Source: Bdellovibrionota bacterium
Lineage (GTDB): Bacteria > Bdellovibrionota_C > UBA2361 > CAKMMH01
Length of the DNA: 64,000 nucleotides
Reading direction: 5' to 3'
Assembly: GCA_034180415.1 (NCBI GenBank)
Contig: JAXFOK010000059.1
Location: 31,772-95,771 of the forward strand
Positions 57,110 to 64,000 of the stretch are shown here, in pieces. How positions within the stretch are numbered: position 1 is the stretch's first letter; each line of letters begins with the position of its first letter. The translations under genes and the position numbers were made by a program. The notes under the pieces are model-generated. The model was not told the DNA's origin. It did not search any database and saw nothing but the letters and a program-made list of their open reading frames with translations.

Positions 57110-59815
57110 ATGAGTATATCAAGACTCCAAAAAGAAAGGTTATTTCATGACGAAGAGCTATTTAATGAGTTGTTGTCATATGCAGAGTATGACGAAGATT
57201 ATAGAATTTTCTTTCATACAGATACTTCATTCTGGGCAATTTTCAGATTACAACCTTTAGGAATAACAAAAGTTTCAGATAATGACGCTTTTCAAACTGC
57301 TGAAGCAATTCAAGAACTTTTTGATACATTCGATACAAATATAGCTGTTCAAGTTAACTGGATTACAAGTTTTGAAATCGAAAGTTTACTAAAAGAAAAT
57401 TTAAACGCTTACCCTCTTTCAGGACCTGCTGGTTGGATGGCAAGAAGGTGGATTAGATCAATAAGAAATGCCGCAAATAGTAGCGAGTTTGGATTACGTC
57501 CTAAGAAATTAGATTTACTTTTTTGCTTTAGGTATGACCCAAAATGGAAAAGTAGAGATATGGTAGGTCAAATCATTGAAGGATTTAAATCTGTCTTTTC
57601 ATTTTCAAACAATATGACAGCAGATAGAAGAAGACAAGAGTATTATGAAAATGCAAATAAATTTAAAGGTATTCTAGAAGGTACTTCAGCAAAACTTGCT
57701 GATATGGGATTTCATCCTTATCAATTTGATGCTCAAGATTTAATTGATTTAATGTTCCCTCTTTTAAATAGAAGAAGTATTAAAGGTGGGAAATATAAAC
57801 GTGGAAGAAATACTAACGTTGCAGTCCCTGTATATGACCCACAAGAAATTTTAACAAATCAAATTTCAGAAACAAAAGTTGATCATCCGGAAAACGGTAT
57901 TATTAAAAAAGATGGCAGAGTTTACAGGACTGTTTCAATGGTTGAAACTCCTAAACAATGTTTACCATTAATGATTGCACCTCTTCAATGTGCATCATAT
58001 GAAAATATTTTAAGTGTCACTTATTCAAAAGATTCTCAACAAGAACAAATTAAAAAGCTTGACCAAAAAGATGCTATGTTAGGTTTTCGTGAAGTTACCG
58101 CAAGAGGTCGTGCGAACCAAAAAGCACTTCATCGAATTTCAGCAATAAGAGCAGCAAGAGCAGAGCTTTATGCTTCAAGATGTCAAATCGTAAGAGTCGG
58201 TGTACATCAAACTTTTATTTGCCAAAATGAAGATGAGGCAAAGCGTGCAACGTCAGAAGCAATCGCTACTATTTCTCAGATTAACGGCGCTCGTGGTATG
58301 GTTCATGAAATCTCCGATTTAGCAACTTTCGTTCATTCATTACCAGCGATGTATGACCCTGAAATGGACGGTGAAGGTTGGACTGTTACACTCCGTTCGT
58401 CAAGAGCATCAAGGTTATACCCTATTTATGGTAACTGGAGAGGAACAAGGGGGAAACAATTTTTACTTCCATCTCTTTGGAATAGAGAGTTAGTAGGATT
58501 TGATTTATATGATTCAAACATTGCTCCAAACGTTTTAATAAGTGGTGTATCAGGTGCCGGTAAAAGTTACCTACTTTGCTATATGCTTATAACCTTAGCT
58601 CGTGGTCACTTTGCATCTTTACCAAATGGACAAAGTGTTGAGAAACCCCCTATTACGTTCGTTTTTGATAAAGGTATGACAGGTCAACCTTGTGGATTTG
58701 AAAAAGTTGCAAAACTTTTTGGAGGAAGAATATACGAAGCAACTCCTTCAAAAGCGCCGGCTATGAACTTCCTTGCTCGTCTTGGACGTACTGCTCCTGA
58801 CCCTAGAAACGAAGACTATAAAGATTTAATAGATATGTGCGCAGATATTATTTGCGATATGGCTGTTGAAGGTTCAAAACAACCAGGACGACTTGAAAAA
58901 AATGTCGTAGTTGCATCTCTTGTCGAAGCTCATAGGCTTTATAGAAATGGTCCAATGAGAAGAGAATTTATTTTAAGTGATGCAGTTGCTGTGTTAAGAG
59001 CGCCAAGAAGAGTTGATGAAGATGAAGATACTGCCAAAAGGCGTCAACTTGTTGCCATGCTTATTGGTGATTACTATGGTGACGGAACTTACGCTAGATT
59101 CTTTGATAGACCTGGTGCTTTAAAACTTCAAGAAAGATTTATTGTATTTGACTTAAAAGCATTAAGTAGAAACCCAGACTTACAAAGAGTATTCTTAAAA
59201 GTTGCAATGCTTTGGGCTGACACTGTGATGAATGACCCAATGGAGTTAGACTGTAGGAAAATATTAGTATTTGATGAAGCACATGACTTAATTGGAAAGA
59301 CTGCATCAGGAACTGTAGAAACTGCATTTAGATTATATCGTAAAAGAAAAGGTATCGTAATTGCAGCTTCTCAATCTGGTGAAGATTTCTATTTAGGAGA
59401 AGGTGGGCAAGCAATCGTTCAAAACTCAGCTCATAAGATCTTTTTAAAACAAGATCCTAGCAAGTTTCATATGACAGCAAAAGCTTTTAATTTATCACCT
59501 CAACAAGCTGATGTTATTTTAAGACTTAGAACTATTAAGGGACTAGAGTCGCAATTTTATTTAATATCTGATATTGGAGAATCAGCTTTAGTACTTCCAC
59601 TTGAACCAGCTTTTTATTGGGTAAGTACCAATAATGGTGATGATAACCAATTATTTGCAGATGTATTAAAGCAAAACAACGATGACTTCTTAAAAGCACT
59701 AGAGCAAGTTGTCGCAATTGCACCAAATGGAGCACATGCATTTAAAATGCAGATGGATACAAATAAAAAGAATGAAATAAACATGAACAGTTTTTTTAAT
59801 GATATGGAGAAATAA
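57110..59815 (+). CDS. VirB4-family T4SS ATPase (TraC-like)
   Basis: It is 901 aa with an AGGAG RBS. It has Walker A ISGVSGAGKSY, Walker B ILVFDEAHDL and AASQS. Confidence 0.85.
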   Translation: MSISRLQKERLFHDEELFNELLSYAEYDEDYRIFFHTDTSFWAIFRLQPLGITKVSDNDAFQTAEAIQELFDTFDTNIAVQVNWITSFEIESLLKENLNAYPLSGPAGWMARRWIRSIRNAANSSEFGLRPKKLDLLFCFRYDPKWKSRDMVGQIIEGFKSVFSFSNNMTADRRRQEYYENANKFKGILEGTSAKLADMGFHPYQFDAQDLIDLMFPLLNRRSIKGGKYKRGRNTNVAVPVYDPQEILTNQISETKVDHPENGIIKKDGRVYRTVSMVETPKQCLPLMIAPLQCASYENILSVTYSKDSQQEQIKKLDQKDAMLGFREVTARGRANQKALHRISAIRAARAELYASRCQIVRVGVHQTFICQNEDEAKRATSEAIATISQINGARGMVHEISDLATFVHSLPAMYDPEMDGEGWTVTLRSSRASRLYPIYGNWRGTRGKQFLLPSLWNRELVGFDLYDSNIAPNVLISGVSGAGKSYLLCYMLITLARGHFASLPNGQSVEKPPITFVFDKGMTGQPCGFEKVAKLFGGRIYEATPSKAPAMNFLARLGRTAPDPRNEDYKDLIDMCADIICDMAVEGSKQPGRLEKNVVVASLVEAHRLYRNGPMRREFILSDAVAVLRAPRRVDEDEDTAKRRQLVAMLIGDYYGDGTYARFFDRPGALKLQERFIVFDLKALSRNPDLQRVFLKVAMLWADTVMNDPMELDCRKILVFDEAHDLIGKTASGTVETAFRLYRKRKGIVIAASQSGEDFYLGEGGQAIVQNSAHKIFLKQDPSKFHMTAKAFNLSPQQADVILRLRTIKGLESQFYLISDIGESALVLPLEPAFYWVSTNNGDDNQLFADVLKQNNDDFLKALEQVVAIAPNGAHAFKMQMDTNKKNEINMNSFFNDMEK

Positions 59816-59818
59816 AAA

Positions 59819-60127
59819 ATGAAATTAAAATTAAATAATATTTTGATTGACGCATCACTTATTATATTAAGTGTGATGATGACTGCTTGTGCTACTACAG
59901 TTCAAAGGCAATCTTCTCAAGCGTTAGAAATTAAGCATAACGACAAACAATATTTAAAAGAAGATCCTGCTGTAGTTGATTACATCTGGGAAGAACCGAT
60001 GGTAGATGTTGTAAGAGTACCACCTGGATTAGACCCAGAGGGAATATATTATAGGCCTGAACATAAAGAAGTTATTGAAATAAGGCAAGGCAAATGGCAG
60101 TACTATAAAAAACCCGTAGAGGAGTAA
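59819..60127 (+). CDS. Small lipoprotein (second TraV-tail-like motif)
   Basis: It has the lipobox MTAC. IWEEPMVDVVRVPPGLDPEGIYYRPEHKEVIEIRQGKW is present. Its start is 4 nt after the TraC-like stop. Confidence 0.45.
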   Translation: MKLKLNNILIDASLIILSVMMTACATTVQRQSSQALEIKHNDKQYLKEDPAVVDYIWEEPMVDVVRVPPGLDPEGIYYRPEHKEVIEIRQGKWQYYKKPVEE

Positions 60128-60227
60128 ATACAGTGGAAAAAAATAAGCAATTTATAAAGTTTTACTTTTAAATTGTTTATTTTTTATTTATAGTTTTAAG
60201 AGTTTATTTAATTTAAGGTATTTTGAT

Positions 60228-60566
60228 ATGGGACTTGTAAAAACTGTTTTTTCACCTCTTACTAATACAACACCACTTGTAACAATAATATTGGTTATTG
60301 TTTTAGTGGCTATTTTCAGATTTTCTGGAGGTGGAATAAGTATAGGTGATGTTAAAAATCATAAAGCCATGAAAACTGCAAAAGTTACAAAAAATATTGA
60401 AGAATCACCTTCTAATGAACTTCAGAGGGAAGGTACTATAAAAGTAGATGCAGTTGAATTTGATAGGATGCTGAGAATGCGTCCACAAAAAAAGAAGGAA
60501 GAAGTTAAAAAAGATAAGCCTGTAAACAACTTTGATTCAATTGAAGCTGATTTAGGATTAAGATAG
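60228..60566 (+). CDS. Hypothetical single-TM protein with K/E-rich tail
   Basis: It has a TM helix LVTIILVIVLVAIF. An AT-rich 100-bp gap precedes it, possibly holding its own promoter. Confidence 0.4.
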   Translation: MGLVKTVFSPLTNTTPLVTIILVIVLVAIFRFSGGGISIGDVKNHKAMKTAKVTKNIEESPSNELQREGTIKVDAVEFDRMLRMRPQKKKEEVKKDKPVNNFDSIEADLGLR

Positions 60567-60569
60567 TTT

Positions 60570-61100
60570 ATGAAAGAAAATGAATTTGTGATATATAAAA
60601 CATGGAAAAGCGAATATAAGCTTGTAATAGGAATGCTTTTAGGCATGTTCCTTTCTGTGTTTTTATCAAGTAAATTCCCCCAAACCGTCGTTGTTGGAAA
60701 TTTATTTAACATTGGTAGCGAGAGTGTAAATTTATATCTTCCTGTATTTTGGTTAATACCGTGTGGTTTCTTTCTTTATGCGCTTATTAGAATTTATAAT
60801 GTTAAGTATTGCTTAACTAGCAAGGGATTAGAGATGACTGTCGGCATACTATCTGCAAGGAAACGATCTGTTAAAATTAGATATGAAGATATCAGAAGTG
60901 TAGAAACCATGCAAACTATTCTTGAAAGGATTTTAAACATTGGAAGTGTAGAAGTCGGAACTTCTGCTACTGGTGCTATCGAAATTGTATTTGAGGGCGT
61001 AGATGCACCTCAAGAAATTCAAGCATTAGTTCAAAAAGAAAAAGGAAGAAGATTGTCGCTAAGTAAAGGAAATAATGGATTTAACACATCTAATGAGTAG
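60570..61100 (+). CDS. Membrane protein with bacterial PH (bPH_2, YdbS/YdbT-like) domain
   Basis: It has two TM helices. The bPH-like region reads YCLTSKGLEMTVGILSARKRSVKIRYEDIRSVETMQTILERILNIGSVEV. Confidence 0.65.
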   Translation: MKENEFVIYKTWKSEYKLVIGMLLGMFLSVFLSSKFPQTVVVGNLFNIGSESVNLYLPVFWLIPCGFFLYALIRIYNVKYCLTSKGLEMTVGILSARKRSVKIRYEDIRSVETMQTILERILNIGSVEVGTSATGAIEIVFEGVDAPQEIQALVQKEKGRRLSLSKGNNGFNTSNE

Positions 61101-61111
61101 GTAAGGTTTTT

Positions 61112-62125
61112 ATGAAGAAGTTTTTTATAAACATATTATTTAATAATCACCTAGCTAACAGAAATGCTAGTAAGAAATTTGTATGTTTATTAACTTTTTG
61201 CATAGTTAGTTTGATTTCAAATAATGTTTTTGCTCAAGAAGATAATAATAATTCTCTATTAAACAAAGAAAGAATGATTTTAGAGCAGTTAAATATTTTA
61301 AAAAGAAATAATATTGATACTGTAGATGATAAGAGAAATGATATTATAGAACCTACAAATACATTAGAAGCTACGCCTACAAATACATTAATTCCAACAT
61401 ATACCGATACTACTTCCCCTACTCCTACAAAGGTAATAGTTAATATTAAGAAAAATGAAAGAAAGGAAACTGATATAACTAACGATAATAAACCTTCTAA
61501 TACTTTTCCTCAAAAAGATATAGAAGTTATATTAAATGGAAACACTTCAATAAATGATAATACTACTAAAAGCGATGTTTCATGTTCTAAAGAACGCAAC
61601 CAATTAGAAATTGCAAACCAAAAAATATTAGAATTATATACTGAATTAGAAAACAAAAAGAAACAATTGATTTTAGTAGAAACTGAAGTAGAGAGACTAT
61701 CTGAAGTAATTGAAAAAAGAAATAGAGCAGAGCTTGGTAATGGTGCGTCACCATCTCCTAATATTGTTAACAAAAATGCAGTACATCAAAGACAACAAAT
61801 ACAAATGAGAAAACCAATAAATGATTTAGAGGCAGAAAAAGCTGATATGCCGATAGCGGTTGTTATAGTTAACAAGGCTAATTTAAGAGCAGGACCTAGT
61901 TTAAAGGATTCGCCTCTTCTTGAAGTGTCAAAGGGGACTCGTTTGGTTGTAGAAACAAGACAAGGAGCTTGGTATAGGGTTATGGCACCAAACGGGAAAC
62001 GAGCATGGGTATCTTCTGATGTAGTAAATTTTGGTCCTAATGCTAATTCTAAGCCATCTTTTACTACTCGAATAAAAGGTTATAATCAAGATGTTGAGGA
62101 CAGGACTGAAAGTATATTTAAATAA
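61112..62125 (+). CDS. Secreted/anchored protein: T/P-rich linker, coiled coil, C-terminal SH3b domain
   Basis: It has an N-terminal hydrophobic segment and a PTNTL repeat region. The C-terminal SH3_3-like sequence is ANLRAGPSLKDSPLLEVSKGTRLVVETRQGAWYRVMAPNGKRAWV. Confidence 0.6.
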   Translation: MKKFFINILFNNHLANRNASKKFVCLLTFCIVSLISNNVFAQEDNNNSLLNKERMILEQLNILKRNNIDTVDDKRNDIIEPTNTLEATPTNTLIPTYTDTTSPTPTKVIVNIKKNERKETDITNDNKPSNTFPQKDIEVILNGNTSINDNTTKSDVSCSKERNQLEIANQKILELYTELENKKKQLILVETEVERLSEVIEKRNRAELGNGASPSPNIVNKNAVHQRQQIQMRKPINDLEAEKADMPIAVVIVNKANLRAGPSLKDSPLLEVSKGTRLVVETRQGAWYRVMAPNGKRAWVSSDVVNFGPNANSKPSFTTRIKGYNQDVEDRTESIFK

Positions 62126-62591
62126 AATTTTTTATACTTTTAGCATCATTTTTTTATGCATAAACTCTTCTTATGCATCTGAGCCTTTTGTAAATCCCAT
62201 AATGAGTGCAAGATTATCATCTCATTACGGACGTCGCATTCATCCAATTAAAAAATTTAGCTCAACCCATAGTGGAATAGACCTTGCGGCCCCTATGGAT
62301 TCCCCTATTCGCGCAGCACAAAAAGGGATGGTTATTTTTGCAGATCGTTACGCCGGTTATGGTAATTTAGTGGTTATTCGTCATCAAAACGGGATGACGA
62401 CGCATTATGGCCATTGTTCAAAGATTTTAGTTGATCCCGGGACTTTTGTTAAAGCTGGTGAAATAATCGCAAGAATTGGAAGTACGGGGGTTTCCACAGG
62501 GCCTCATTTACACTTTGAAATCAGATTTAATGGTGTTCCTACTGATCCGTTAAAAGTTTTCCCAGATTTGTTAACAATAGCTAAAGGATAA
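62091..62591 (+). CDS. M23-family (LytM-type) peptidoglycan endopeptidase
   Basis: It has its own signal peptide (FSIIFLCINSSYA/SE). M23 motifs are present: HSGIDLAAP, GYGNLVVIRH, GSTGVSTGPHLHFE. It overlaps the upstream ORF by 35 nt in another frame. Confidence 0.85.
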   Translation: MLRTGLKVYLNKIFYTFSIIFLCINSSYASEPFVNPIMSARLSSHYGRRIHPIKKFSSTHSGIDLAAPMDSPIRAAQKGMVIFADRYAGYGNLVVIRHQNGMTTHYGHCSKILVDPGTFVKAGEIIARIGSTGVSTGPHLHFEIRFNGVPTDPLKVFPDLLTIAKG

Positions 62592-62699
62592 TATTTTTTA
62601 ATTTTCTTTTTCTTCTTGTAAACTTAACCTTGGTATGATAAAAATTATACTTCATGGTTTTTAGACATTTTTTAGTATTTAACTCGAAAGGAGTATTAA

Positions 62700-62975
62700 A
62701 TGTCTGAGAAGAAAAAATGCACTTGTGATAATCATGAATATGGTTGCTGTAAGGGTAACTGTTGTGAAAAACACCATGACAAATGCTCTCATACGAAAGT
62801 AAAAGCAAACACCGTTAAGCCTTTTCCCGCCTGGAGTGATCCATGCGAAAGCACAGACGAAACTCAAATTTGCGCAAACCATGATTGGCCCATCGAGGAC
62901 GCAAGCAACGTTTTTAATGTTGATACCGAAGGAAGTCAAGGGGAAAAACTTCCCCCTGATGCTTGGTACAACTAA
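62700..62975 (+). CDS. Small Cys/His-rich protein of unknown function
   Basis: A strong RBS (AAAGGAG) lies 7 nt before the ATG. The N-terminal CTCDNHEYGCCKGNCCEKHHDKCSH is followed by an acidic C-terminal half. Two hairpins follow the gene. Confidence 0.55.
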   Translation: MSEKKKCTCDNHEYGCCKGNCCEKHHDKCSHTKVKANTVKPFPAWSDPCESTDETQICANHDWPIEDASNVFNVDTEGSQGEKLPPDAWYN

Positions 62976-63024
62976 ATAAAGGTTCTTAAAGTCTAGCTTA
63001 TATAAGCTAGACCAACTAGCCCAT

Positions 63025-63076
63025 GCGAATATATATGAAGACACTTAAATAAGTATCTTCCATATTCGCATTTTTT
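63025..63076 (+). terminator. Rho-independent terminator (preceded by palindrome 62991-63012)
   Basis: The hairpin is GCGAATAT..GAAGA-loop-TCTTC..ATATTCGC followed by ATTTTTT. Upstream is the perfect palindrome GTCTAGCTTA-TA-TAAGCTAGAC. Confidence 0.65.
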
Positions 63077-63264
63077 ATTATTTTTATTCTAAACATTTTA
63101 GATAGCTAAGTACTTTCTTATTTAAATCGCGCTTTTTTAAATCCGATATCAGCTGCGCTTTACTCCTACAACTTGAAACCGCGCGAGTTACTAAATTTCT
63201 CGTTTCCAAGAAAACTTTCAAATTCAAATAAAATTAGTCTATTAAATTTTATATGTTCAAAAAA

Positions 63265-64000
63265 CTACTTTTTCTTTTGAATCTCAAGTTTTAACTTATT
63301 AATAAACTCATCTAAAGTTAAAACTTCTTGTTTTTCCTCTCCTCGTTTCTTTAATGTAACAGTGTTACTTCCAGCCTCTTTAGCTCCTAAAATTAGAGTG
63401 TAAGGCACTCTATCTTGAATATGAGCTCTTATCTTATAGCCAATTTTCTCATTAGAAAAATCGCCTTCAGAAAATAGCCCTTCTTTATTTAAGGCATCTA
63501 AAACTTTCTTTCCATACTCGTTAAAGTTTTCAGATACCGTTAACACATTTACTTTTAAAGGGGCAAGCCAAAGTGGGAATTTACCTTCAACATTTTCTAT
63601 TAAAATTCCTAAGAATCTCTCAATTGATCCAAATAAAGCTCTATGAATCATTACAGGTCTTCTCTTTTCATTATCCTTATCGACATAAGTGATATCAAAT
63701 CTTTCTGGTAAATTCATATCAACTTGCACAGTTCCGCATTGCCAGCTTCTTTTTAGTGAATCTTTTAAATGAAACTCTAATTTTGGGCCATAAAACGCGC
63801 CATCTCCTTCATGCACTTCAAATTCGTAACCATGATTTTTAAGAGCATTAGATAATGCGTTTTCAGTAATATCCCAAATCTCATCAGAGCCAATTCTTTT
63901 TTCAGGTCTTGTTGCAAGCACGATTTTTACCTCATCAAAACCAAAATCTTTATAGATATCTAAAATTAGTTTTAATGTGGTAATGCATTCATCTTCTAGC
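63265..64000 (-). CDS. thrS: Threonyl-tRNA synthetase, C-terminal part (N-terminus beyond window edge)
   Basis: The frame is open to base 63999 (…LEDECITTLKLILDIYKDFGFDEVKIVLATRPEK). Class II motifs are present: GAFYGPKLEF, WQCGTVQVD, MIHRALFGSIERF. An anticodon-binding domain follows. Confidence 0.95.
   Translation of the reverse strand, partial: LEDECITTLKLILDIYKDFGFDEVKIVLATRPEKRIGSDEIWDITENALSNALKNHGYEFEVHEGDGAFYGPKLEFHLKDSLKRSWQCGTVQVDMNLPERFDITYVDKDNEKRRPVMIHRALFGSIERFLGILIENVEGKFPLWLAPLKVNVLTVSENFNEYGKKVLDALNKEGLFSEGDFSNEKIGYKIRAHIQDRVPYTLILGAKEAGSNTVTLKKRGEEKQEVLTLDEFINKLKLEIQKKK

Larger units (their letters stand above)
47912..62591. other. Chromosomal type IV secretion system locus (two divergent operons plus envelope accessory module)
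   Basis: See the component CDS entries. A T4CP with a 4-TM partner sits on the minus strand. TraL/E/K/B/V/C-like genes sit in canonical order on the plus strand. Confidence 0.75.

Noticed and set aside
47912-59815. Assigning the secretion locus to the Dot/Icm (type IVB, IncI-like) class. The region around the T4CP Walker A (GEPLWLSDNDMCSHG...GVGKT) resembles what I recall of DotL/IcmO. The 4-TM-protein-then-T4CP order also recalls icmP-icmO.
   Set aside because: The rightward operon fits TraL/E/K/B/V/C much better in sizes (219/271/397/151/901 aa) and in C-terminal motifs than DotI/H/G/.../O. In Dot/Icm, DotH, DotG and DotO are much larger. No DotA/B/C/E/F/N/P-like genes are present. My DotL comparison is from memory and cannot be verified here, so I keep only 'VirD4/TraD/DotL family'.
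42955-62591. tRNA-Leu as the attachment site of a T4SS-bearing integrative element.
   Set aside because: No integrase gene is present. By eye I found no direct repeat of the tRNA 3' end (…GAGGGTTCGACCCCCTCTCTAGGCA) further right. Two host-like, extremely AT-rich membrane-protein genes separate the tRNA from the T4SS. It remains possible as an ancient event only.
61112-62591. The SH3b ORF and the M23 ORF as one lysostaphin-like gene broken by a frameshift.
   Set aside because: The M23 ORF begins with its own ATG and a plausible signal peptide (FSIIFLCINSSYA/SE). The SH3b ORF ends after a complete domain. The 35-nt overlap looks like normal gene overlap.
62581-63044. Minus-strand ORFs (75 aa and 121 aa) overlapping the Cys/His-rich gene.
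   Set aside because: They have no RBS and their composition is odd. The + strand ORF has a canonical AAAGGAG-N7-ATG and a downstream T-tailed terminator in the + orientation.

Overview
This is a very AT-rich chromosomal segment (about 30% GC by eye, not computed) from a flagellated, rod-shaped, diderm-type bacterium. The taxon cannot be fixed from the window. The Ser/Thr kinase-FHA-PP2C module, desulfoferrodoxin and a sigma-54-type hook promoter suggest a Bdellovibrionota/Oligoflexia-like lineage, but that is a guess. Most of the window is ordinary core genome: the AmmeMemoRadiSam triad with dfx, a MurF-like ligase with ddl, the STK/FHA/PP2C module, htrA, a flgD-flgE-fapA-like-CBS hook operon, recJ, an orphan GspE-like ATPase, holA-tmk-holB, mreBCD-mrdA-rodA, tRNA-Leu(CAA) and thrS. 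The stand-out is 47.9-62.6 kb, a chromosomal type IV secretion locus in two divergent operons. One operon holds a VirD4/TraD-family coupling ATPase and a novel 622-aa 4-TM partner. The other has the TraL-TraE-TraK-TraB-TraV-TraC order typical of F-type and ICE (SXT, PFGI-1/ICEclc) systems, plus extra lipoproteins. A bPH / SH3b / M23-peptidase envelope module and a Cys/His-rich small protein follow it. The window contains no relaxase, integrase, pilin, VirB6/TraG-like protein, TraW/U/N/F/H or VirB11-type ATPase, so this looks like a reduced, domesticated T4SS of unclear function. Other items worth a second look are two related GC-rich non-coding islands built from C(A/T)GGT words, one with a strongly structured core (candidate ncRNA or MITE). 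There is also a Mur ligase carrying an N-terminal polytopic membrane domain next to an insertion-bearing Ddl, and a gene-decay zone around tRNA-Leu. I found no CRISPR array, rRNA, transposase or prophage. All family assignments come from reading motifs and gene order, not from searches.
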